Source: Bacteroidia bacterium (GTDB taxonomy: Bacteria; Bacteroidota; Bacteroidia; UKL13-3). From it: a DNA stretch of 64,000 nt. Positions 49,296 to 56,235 of this stretch are shown one piece after another. The notes beneath the pieces were generated by a model. It made no database searches. It had not been told where the DNA came from and was given only the letters and a program-made list of their open reading frames with translations. How positions within the stretch are numbered: position 1 is the stretch's first letter; each line of letters begins with the position of its first letter. A program made the translations under genes and the position numbers. The DNA lies in NCBI GenBank assembly GCA_018058135.1, contig JAGPCK010000007.1:1815-65814 (forward strand), given 5' to 3'.

Positions 49296-50132
49296 ATGAA
49301 CACCAAACCAATCGGGCAAATAATATCCGAACACCCGTCTCTCGTAATAACCATAATTATTGTTTACTTTGGCATTTGTGGTGGGCTTTGGCATATAGGC
49401 TATTGGTCTACATTTGAAGTTAATTTCCTACAATATATTGACTTCGTAGATGTCATAAAAGACTTCATTTTCCCTTTTCTTATGTCGTGTGGTATGTTTA
49501 TGTATTTATTCATACCCATTTGCTGTATCTATTATAGCAATGAGTTAAAGTGGGGGTTAGATGGTAAAATAATAAAATACAATAAGCCATATTTATTTAT
49601 CAGCATAGTCGGTATTTGTTTTGCTTTGTCTGGTTTTCTATACTTTTCTGAACTTCAATTCAAATGGAGGGCAATACCTTTTATTATTTCTATACCATTA
49701 GGTTGGTCTGCCGTTCATTATTATGTTTTACTGCCATCCATAAAATCCAAAACACTAAGAATGATAATTTTTAGTTACATATTTTTTATGCCCGTTAGTA
49801 GCTTTTGTTTAGCAAAAGCTCAAAGCGAAAAAACAGAAATTAGTAACTCTATTAATATGGTCATTAAAATTGCATTTATAAATAGTGATAATGCAAGACT
49901 GTCTTCGAAGTTTTTAGGCCAAACCTTTTTGGGAAATACATCTAAGCACATATTCCTGTTGGAGCGTAAAACTGGTGATATTACTGTTATAAACCATGAT
50001 GAAGTTCTTTTCATACAATATTCAAAATTTGATTACGAAAAAGTTAAAGAGTTTATGCAGATAAATGAAGAGCACGATCGCCAAATGCTTAAGGACTCAA
50101 TCGAAAAGTCCGATTCACTTCACAAGAAGTGA
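49296..50132 (+). CDS. Hypothetical membrane protein (N-terminal ~5 TM segments, C-terminal soluble domain)
   Basis: 278-aa ORF. The N-terminal 170 aa are hydrophobic and the C-terminal ~100 aa are charged. I recognised no motif. Confidence 0.5.
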   Translation: MNTKPIGQIISEHPSLVITIIIVYFGICGGLWHIGYWSTFEVNFLQYIDFVDVIKDFIFPFLMSCGMFMYLFIPICCIYYSNELKWGLDGKIIKYNKPYLFISIVGICFALSGFLYFSELQFKWRAIPFIISIPLGWSAVHYYVLLPSIKSKTLRMIIFSYIFFMPVSSFCLAKAQSEKTEISNSINMVIKIAFINSDNARLSSKFLGQTFLGNTSKHIFLLERKTGDITVINHDEVLFIQYSKFDYEKVKEFMQINEEHDRQMLKDSIEKSDSLHKK

Positions 50133-50245
50133 AGTGTCGTGTTTAAATTATTTTCCTTGTCCCAGGTCGTATATAGTCTCCCAAATTATTGACAGCAGCA
50201 ACCAGTTTTATACGGTAAATATGACATTATTTGAAACTTTACCTC

Positions 50246-50354
50246 ACCCGACTTATAAAAGAGACGATATTGACTTAAAAACGAACCTAGTATTTGAACT
50301 TTTTAAACATCAATATTTTGGAGGGGCATGAGTATTTGCGGACGATATTAGTAT
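50246..50354. repeat. 109-bp direct repeat, copy B (matches 24737-24845)
   Basis: See copy A. It lies immediately upstream of the iteron array at the cargo/backbone junction. Confidence 0.8.
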
Positions 50355-50355
50355 T

Positions 50356-50600
50356 AGTGCGCACTACGTTTTTTACTGCGCAACTACGTTTTTACTGCGC
50401 ATCTACTTTTTTTGCAGTGCATCTACGTTTTTGCTACGCATCTATGTTTTTTTCTGCGCACTATGTTTTTTGATGCACATCTACTTTTTTGCTGCGCATC
50501 TATGTTTTTTACTGCGCAACTACGTTTTTACTGCGCAGTACGTTTTTTTCTGCGCACTATTTTTTTTACTGCGCATCTACGTTTTTTACTGCGCATCTAA
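50356..50600. repeat. Iteron-like tandem array: 12 full units plus 1 partial unit of ~19-20 bp (consensus ACTGCGCATCTACGTTTTTT)
   Basis: I parsed the units by hand from 50356 to 50604, with a mean period of about 19.3 bp. Each unit ends in a T5-T8 tract (phased A/T tracts). The last unit encodes the C-terminal residues (..DAQ*) of the primase-like gene. Confidence 0.85.
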
Positions 50601-51674
50601 ATAGTCCCTAAGATCAAAGTTTCCTTTATTCTTATGTGATTGAGGTGCTTTTTCCTCCAAAAGAGCTGATACAGATACGATTAAACCGTTTTTGCGCATT
50701 TCAACTGCTTTAGCGCTCCATTTATCAAATTGCCCTAAATCAGGGAATAGGATAACATTCCTGCTGCGCAGCACATGATTTACATCTTGCTTTTGCATAT
50801 TGCATCCATTTGAACCACCTGTGGCCAGCCAGATTATTTGAGGCATTCGACCTGCGCAATAAATGGCCGTTGCTTCGGATTCAACTATTGCTACCGTATT
50901 TTCTTTGTCACTGCGCACCCAAGTGCGCAACTCAGTGTGTGCAGTGCTGCGCTTTCCAGTGCATTCTTCAGTTTGTGTAACGCTGCGTTCCCAAGAGCGC
51001 ACCTCAGTTTGCGCTGCGCTGTGCTCCCAACTGCGCTCCTCACTGTGTGCTGTGCTCCTCACCCCAGTGCACTCCTCAGTTTGTGCTGCGCTGCACTCCC
51101 AAGTTCGCTCCTCACAGTGAGCTGTGCTGCGCAGTAAATGTTCACCGAAAAAACACTGTTTCAATACAAACTCTTTGGGTGCGTACCCCTTTTCGTTAAG
51201 CACGTGCGCCCAGTTAATATGGGAATAAGGTTCTTTAACTCGCCTACCTGTTTTTTGGTCGTACAGCATCACTTTTCCGGTACGCACTCTTCCGTTAATA
51301 TCCATTTGCCAAAAGACTGTTGCACCATTCCAATGTTTTGACGTACCTATATGATATTTTTCAATTAACCTATCAACGGTTTCTTTATTGAAATGTAGCA
51401 TGAGATAATCTATAAAAGCGTTTTTGTGATATGAACTCAGGCTTTTTTTAAATACATCACTTTCTATATAGCTCGGAGGTTTAGGCTTAAACTGTTTGAT
51501 CGGTATAGGGGTTTGCAAATCTGGGGCAGGTCGAAATATCTGACCACAACTATGACACATACCGTAATGGATAGCTCCAATGAAAGGGGAGAACTTGCCA
51601 TCCTTGTTTGATTTACCGCAGGGACAAAACTCAACCCGTTTCCTGTTTCTATCGAATTTGTATTTATTTCCCAT
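50586..51674 (-). CDS. Zinc-finger + TOPRIM primase-like replication protein with an internal 12-aa repeat insertion
   Basis: 362 aa. The N-terminus has CPCG...CHSCG (Cys4 zinc finger). The C-terminus has VAIVESEATAIYC...NVILFPDLG (TOPRIM-like E and DxD-like). A 72-aa repeat block lies between them. Confidence 0.6.
   Translation of the reverse strand: MGNKYKFDRNRKRVEFCPCGKSNKDGKFSPFIGAIHYGMCHSCGQIFRPAPDLQTPIPIKQFKPKPPSYIESDVFKKSLSSYHKNAFIDYLMLHFNKETVDRLIEKYHIGTSKHWNGATVFWQMDINGRVRTGKVMLYDQKTGRRVKEPYSHINWAHVLNEKGYAPKEFVLKQCFFGEHLLRSTAHCEERTWECSAAQTEECTGVRSTAHSEERSWEHSAAQTEVRSWERSVTQTEECTGKRSTAHTELRTWVRSDKENTVAIVESEATAIYCAGRMPQIIWLATGGSNGCNMQKQDVNHVLRSRNVILFPDLGQFDKWSAKAVEMRKNGLIVSVSALLEEKAPQSHKNKGNFDLRDYLDAQ
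50909..51124. repeat. Intragenic 6 x 36-bp imperfect tandem repeat (approximate consensus TGCTGCGCTCCCAAGTGCGCTCCTCAGTTTGTGCTG)
   Basis: I parsed six in-frame 36-bp units by hand. They encode TAHCEERTWECS / AAQTEECTGVRS / TAHSEERSWEHS / AAQTEVRSWERS / VTQTEECTGKRS / TAHTELRTWVRS on the minus strand. They share the CTGCGC(A) core with the downstream iterons. Confidence 0.8.
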
Positions 51675-51707
51675 TATTGCCTACTTTCCTTACTTACTTA
51701 CTTACTA

Positions 51708-52973
51708 TTAGTAACTAGAGTAAGTACTATTACTTAATTTTATAAAATAACCCCAACGCGCTGAATCATTATTTTCAGATTTATGACTGAGCCTCTCATA
51801 TCCCAGATATTTCAATGCTTTACCTATTGCTTGCACATTTAACCTGAACTTGCCGGGGTATATTTCCAATAATTTATTCATAATATCAGTTGATTGGTAA
51901 AATTCTCCATTGTTTTTATCTCTTGGTAGAAAATGTTTTTGGATTAGTTCCATCTCTATTGTTGGAACATGAAATCTTTTATTCTCTAATTCATTTTCTT
52001 CAATTTCTTCTTTGGTAAGTTCGTAAGGGAAACCGTTTTTGTATAAGTAAAATGCCTCGGCCCAAATTCTGTCAACGTCTAACTCTGTACTGTATTTAAA
52101 GTTAATATGGGTAACATTAAATACGATCCATCTAACAGTACCGGTTTCATCCGTTAGAAACTCAGAATTATTAGTTGTTGCCCAAAAAGTGGCGATTCTA
52201 TTTCTTTTAAAAGGTTTTTTATCAAAGGGCCTTCTACTCTTATCGAATTGGATGCTCAAAAGCGCCTTGAGTGCGTTTATTTCATATTTGTCAAGATGAC
52301 TTAACTCATCCATATTTACGATAAAATTCTCACAAAGAGCGATTCTACCATCTTTATCCACTCCAATATTCTCAACGAAATAGGATTTCAATAAATTTGG
52401 GCTTAGCCATCTTATAAACGAGGTTTTTCCTTGATGTTGTCCAATGGTTTCCTGACCTTCTTTTGATGACTTTGTGCCAACTAAAACAATGCAATGCTTA
52501 TTAAATACATCAGGATTCATTGCACAGGCTACGCTGCGCACCAGCGCCTTTTTGAAATGAGTAATGAACCTATCATGGTTTTCAGTTTTAATATAACTAG
52601 CTAACTTTGAAATATGGCTTTCATGTTTATACTCCGGTAAATTTTCAAAATACTCTGCAATAGGGTTGTATTCTTTTACAAAGTGACTCATTAAAATAGC
52701 CCTTAAGTCAGACTGAGAAATACGATAGTTGTTGTACCTTAAATGGCAATATACTTCATTCTCATTGGCGGTCTTAAATTCACTGTTAGTGTTCTTGAGG
52801 CAGTATTCCAGTTCATTACTTATTACATTATAACGGAATTTGTAATTTTCATCTAAGAACTCTGTAACAAGTTGAAAATTGTTTTTTGGGGTGTCCGAAG
52901 ATTTTTGGATTTCCCTTTCTACATCCTGAATGTTTATTGAGGATTGCGGGTTAGGTTTATGATACTTATTCAT
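51708..52973 (-). CDS. VirE-like (SF3/D5-type) P-loop NTPase, putative replicative helicase of the island
   Basis: 421 aa. Walker A-like GQHQGKTSF, Walker B FIVNMDELSHL, and then SRRPFDKKPFKRNRIATFWATTNN..FLTDETGTVRW, typical of the virulence-associated-E family. Confidence 0.6.
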   Translation of the reverse strand: MNKYHKPNPQSSINIQDVEREIQKSSDTPKNNFQLVTEFLDENYKFRYNVISNELEYCLKNTNSEFKTANENEVYCHLRYNNYRISQSDLRAILMSHFVKEYNPIAEYFENLPEYKHESHISKLASYIKTENHDRFITHFKKALVRSVACAMNPDVFNKHCIVLVGTKSSKEGQETIGQHQGKTSFIRWLSPNLLKSYFVENIGVDKDGRIALCENFIVNMDELSHLDKYEINALKALLSIQFDKSRRPFDKKPFKRNRIATFWATTNNSEFLTDETGTVRWIVFNVTHINFKYSTELDVDRIWAEAFYLYKNGFPYELTKEEIEENELENKRFHVPTIEMELIQKHFLPRDKNNGEFYQSTDIMNKLLEIYPGKFRLNVQAIGKALKYLGYERLSHKSENNDSARWGYFIKLSNSTYSSY

Positions 52974-52984
52974 AATAATACTGT

Positions 52985-53293
52985 TTATTTAATTTTCTTA
53001 AGGAATTCACTTTTTGTCTCTTTTTTATTCTCAGTTACCCATTCGAGAAGTACTTTTTCGGAAAACACTAGCATTTTACCGCGTTTTGAATGCGGTATAT
53101 TTTTGGCAGATACAAGAGAATAGATGGTTTGCTTACTATAGATGCCTTTTAAGACTTCGCATGCCAAGTCTATTCCCCCAATTCGGTCTTTTGCAGGGGA
53201 AGCCTCCAGTTTACTTGATACAGCGATCAAACGCTCATCAATTTCATCAAGACGTCTAAGAATTGTGTCAAAAGGATTGTTAATATTGCTCAT
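52985..53293 (-). CDS. Excisionase-like helix-turn-helix DNA-binding protein
   Basis: 102 aa. The C-terminal half KQTIYSLVSAKNIPHSKRGKMLVFSEKVLLEWV resembles the MerR/excisionase-type HTH of Bacteroidota mobile elements. It lies between the int and replication genes. Confidence 0.55.
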   Translation of the reverse strand: MSNINNPFDTILRRLDEIDERLIAVSSKLEASPAKDRIGGIDLACEVLKGIYSKQTIYSLVSAKNIPHSKRGKMLVFSEKVLLEWVTENKKETKSEFLKKIK

Positions 53294-53360
53294 GATTTCG
53301 AAAATATGAGCAATTTTAAAGGCAAATATCGCAGAGGAACGGAAAAAGGAATTTCCTTTT

Positions 53361-54368
53361 TTAATTCCCTTTTCCCTTTAGCTTTCCGATATATTCATTT
53401 GTTTTGTCCATAGAAAACTTATCTAGTGGGTGGAATTTCATTAACAGCTGTTTGGTGTATTCAAGATTTTCAATCATTTTCTTGAAGCTTGTCAATCGCT
53501 TACCCTTAATAAATATATCACACATTTGGCCGTCAGTAATCCTATAGCTGCGTTGAAAACTATTAGGTTTAATTTTTAAACCATACAGATCAATGATTTT
53601 TGAACACTCTTCTGAATAACTTAGTTCAGGCTCTCGGATATCAAGATACTGTTTTGCCTCTTTTCTAATCCAGACCAACATGGAGTAGTGGTTAAGATTG
53701 TATTTAAAATGTATCTTCACTTCGTCTTTAGTCGATATAGAAAATGGCTCATTAACCTTATACTCTATCCATTCATTAATTGTGAGTGTTTTTGCCGTAT
53801 CAATTAGGCCGGAAAATTCCTGATCTCTAAGGACTAATCTTAATTCTTCTCGAAATTTTGGTTTAAGATTGGTAACAAATTTATTTTCGTGGTAATTAAG
53901 AATTTTATTCGTCTCGCGGTTGCTGTGAAGGCTAAGAAGACAGATAAGGAAGTAAAAATAGGAATCATAAATAGGCCATTCGGTCAAAGGCAATGGGATA
54001 CCTCCTTCATCTATTATAACTTGTTGTTCCTCTTTAGATACTTTTTTAAAATATCCAAATGGTTCAATTTTAAAGTCCTTGTGATCACTGAAGCAAACCA
54101 CCTGATCTAAAAAATTATAATAGCCAAAACGAATTAATTTCCGATTTATATCTTCAGGACTATAATCAGGATCAAATGAAAAATCATACTTCTTTTCAAA
54201 ATATTCCGGATTGAATACCTCAAACAGCCCTTTCCTATAAAGAATTTGAAAAAGAAGATATCGAGAATCCTGAAGGAAATTCTTGTCAGTTGATTTTGAG
54301 TTAAAGATTCTATCAACAATCCGTAGGCAATTACCTATTGATAGTTCATATGAGTTTATTTTTTCCAT
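53361..54368 (-). CDS. Hypothetical protein (335 aa) coupled to the integrase gene
   Basis: I recognised no motif. Its start overlaps the integrase stop by 13 nt on the same strand. Confidence 0.5.
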   Translation of the reverse strand: MEKINSYELSIGNCLRIVDRIFNSKSTDKNFLQDSRYLLFQILYRKGLFEVFNPEYFEKKYDFSFDPDYSPEDINRKLIRFGYYNFLDQVVCFSDHKDFKIEPFGYFKKVSKEEQQVIIDEGGIPLPLTEWPIYDSYFYFLICLLSLHSNRETNKILNYHENKFVTNLKPKFREELRLVLRDQEFSGLIDTAKTLTINEWIEYKVNEPFSISTKDEVKIHFKYNLNHYSMLVWIRKEAKQYLDIREPELSYSEECSKIIDLYGLKIKPNSFQRSYRITDGQMCDIFIKGKRLTSFKKMIENLEYTKQLLMKFHPLDKFSMDKTNEYIGKLKGKGN

Positions 54369-55594
54369 ATAGATGCCTTTGTTGCTTCATCCAAAATTTT
54401 ATTCCCAAAACTGTCCAGATATATTTGTGTTGTCCGTTCTGATTCATGCCCCAGCAATTCACTTATAACAGCAGTTCCTTGGCCTTCATTTTTTAAGATG
54501 GTGGCAAAACTGTGACGTGCCACATAAGTCGTTATTTTTTCGTCTATCCCAATTTCTTTGGCAATGCTTTTTAAATCTCGGTTTGTTTGCTTAAGCACCT
54601 TCTCTATCCTGTTATCAATCTGGGTGGGGGTTACATGGATTTCCCTGTTTAATATTGGGAAAATATAATCTTTGTCGTTCCCTGAGTAATAGATATCCTT
54701 ATAATACTGAATTATCTCGAATGCTTCATCAAGTAACCCCATATCGAAAGATTGCCCTGTTTTTTTTCTGGTGTATTTCATTCGATTGTCTTTTGAAATA
54801 CTTTTCCATGTAAGAAATGCAATATCTGTAAAGTTTGTCCCCCTAGTTAAATAAGAGAACATAAAGTAGTTTTTTGAATGGAAAAGTGAACTGTCTGGGG
54901 TTGGTTTATAGTCAAAAATTTGTTTTATTTCTTGTTTACTAATTGCACGTTTTTCAGTTTTATGTTTTCTGTATTTTTTAAAGCTAAAATCTTTGAATGG
55001 GTCAAAATCACTACGAGCTAACCCTTCTTTCTTTGCATTGTTGATAAGTGTTTTTAATGTTCGCATAAATACAAAAATGGAATTCAGACTATTGCCTTTA
55101 TTTAAATACCAAGTGTCAAATTTTACGATAAACTCATGAGTTATTTCGAAGATTGAAAGGTCTCTGCCTTGTCTGAAATTGAACAGTGCCCTTCTGGTTT
55201 CCTTAAAAACATTGCTATAGCCAATTCTTCCCGATTTGTTCAAAGATTCAATTGTTTGATCGAAGTACTGAAACAATGAAGTACTATTACGTTTTTTTTC
55301 TTTTAGCAGATGCGTTCTGATTACCCCGACACCGGCCTGAACCCCCTCTTGTTCTAGTGTCATTAAAAGTTTATTAACCTCCAATTTTTTCTGATCAATG
55401 ATCATTAACAGTTCTTTCTGTAAGGGATGGCTTTTCTTAGGTGCATTTCTTTGTTCATCCCAGTTCTTTACGGTCGAACGATATCCTGTTGAAATGATAG
55501 TTCTTTTACGATCTTTAATAAGAACCAGCGCAATGGGGTATTCATCATTGACTGATTTTTTCCATGTGAGTAATTGTACTTTTACTGATGCCAT
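54356..55594 (-). CDS. int: Tyrosine-type site-specific integrase (Bacteroidota type with an N-terminal arm-binding domain)
   Basis: 412 aa. The N-terminus VKVQLLTWKKSVNDEYPIALVLIKDRK is arm-binding-like. The catalytic region is ARHSFATILKNEGQGTAVISELLGHESERTTQIYL (R, HxxR, H, Y). It lies 146 bp from the attR core. Confidence 0.88.
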   Translation of the reverse strand: MASVKVQLLTWKKSVNDEYPIALVLIKDRKRTIISTGYRSTVKNWDEQRNAPKKSHPLQKELLMIIDQKKLEVNKLLMTLEQEGVQAGVGVIRTHLLKEKKRNSTSLFQYFDQTIESLNKSGRIGYSNVFKETRRALFNFRQGRDLSIFEITHEFIVKFDTWYLNKGNSLNSIFVFMRTLKTLINNAKKEGLARSDFDPFKDFSFKKYRKHKTEKRAISKQEIKQIFDYKPTPDSSLFHSKNYFMFSYLTRGTNFTDIAFLTWKSISKDNRMKYTRKKTGQSFDMGLLDEAFEIIQYYKDIYYSGNDKDYIFPILNREIHVTPTQIDNRIEKVLKQTNRDLKSIAKEIGIDEKITTYVARHSFATILKNEGQGTAVISELLGHESERTTQIYLDSFGNKILDEATKASIWKK

Positions 55595-55606
55595 AATTTA
55601 AACCTA

Positions 55607-55627
55607 GGGTGCAACATAGGTGCAACA
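55607..55627. repeat. 21-bp element GGGTGCAACATAGGTGCAACA, right copy; candidate integrase arm-type site
   Basis: Identical to 24210-24230. It lies 13 nt upstream of the int start codon and 113 bp from the attR core. Confidence 0.55.
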
Positions 55628-55739
55628 AATTTAGTAAAAAAGAGCAAAAATGGAAAACTATCTATAAACATAAATTATTTAACTATCTGAAAATAAGAAT
55701 ATATGTAATAAACTATAAATATCGAAAACCAGAATCCCA

Positions 55740-55787
55740 TTGCTTGGGGTGCAAGAGGTCGTGGGTTCAAATCCCGCCACTCCGACT
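55740..55787. repeat. attR core (48-bp copy of the tRNA-Pro 3' portion)
   Basis: Identical to 24113-24160. No tRNA 5' half lies upstream of it, so it is not a second tRNA gene. Confidence 0.85.
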
Positions 55788-55823
55788 AAAAAAGTCCTGT
55801 AGAAAACTCTACAGGACTTTTTT
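55788..55823 (+). terminator. Rho-independent terminator after the attR tRNA fragment (probably the original tRNA-Pro terminator)
   Basis: Stem AAAAAGTCCTGTAGA / TCTACAGGACTTTTT with loop AAAC and a T-run. Confidence 0.75.
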
Positions 55824-55938
55824 ATTGATTCAGCAAATTAGCTAAGGAGATGTTGGAGCTGGTTTATTTTTGGTCAGGTCACCACCTCAAAGCATTTATC
55901 TAAATAGATGAAGAGGCTGAAGCAGGGGATGAATTCTT

Positions 55939-56235
55939 TTGAATTTGGGAACATTGAGTATAGTTTTGAATTACTTGACTAAACGAAATCTTCTATTCCT
56001 TTGTTTTTTGCTTACCACTCTGTGGGTAGACGGGCAAAACTATGTTTGGACCAAAGTGAACCAGAACGGGAATTACGCATTGAACACCGGGGGCGGGTAT
56101 TGGGCCACGGGTTATGCGCTCACTGATGGGGAGGTGACTTATCAAGTAATTGATTTCGAAGATCTACAAACATTGTCTGGGGTCCTGGATTTAGCAGCCA
56201 TCAGGTGTTTTGCCGCGATTCATCGGGGAAGCTGA
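55939..56235 (+). CDS. Signal-peptide-bearing N-terminal fragment, probably the displaced 5' part of the following giant gene
   Basis: 98-aa ORF (TTG start) with a hydrophobic leader LLFLCFLLTTLWVDGQ. It overlaps the next ORF (different frame) across 56205-56235. Confidence 0.4.
   Translation: MNLGTLSIVLNYLTKRNLLFLCFLLTTLWVDGQNYVWTKVNQNGNYALNTGGGYWATGYALTDGEVTYQVIDFEDLQTLSGVLDLAAIRCFAAIHRGS

Noticed and set aside
50356-50604. Possible CRISPR array, given regularly spaced ~20-bp repeats
   Set aside because: The units are directly abutting with no unique spacers, are only 18-21 bp long, and no cas genes are nearby. I interpret them as iterons.
50412-51137. Track ORFs 50412-50600(+), 50838-51137(+) and 50863-51120(+)
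   Set aside because: They lie entirely within tandem repeat arrays that happen to lack stops in several frames. Their products are low-complexity (FF/LR or SVCAAL repeats), and they overlap the better-supported minus-strand primase-like gene.
55740-55787. A second tRNA-Pro gene
   Set aside because: Only the 3' 48 nt (anticodon arm onward) are present. No acceptor 5' strand or D arm lies upstream, so it is an att repeat and not a gene.
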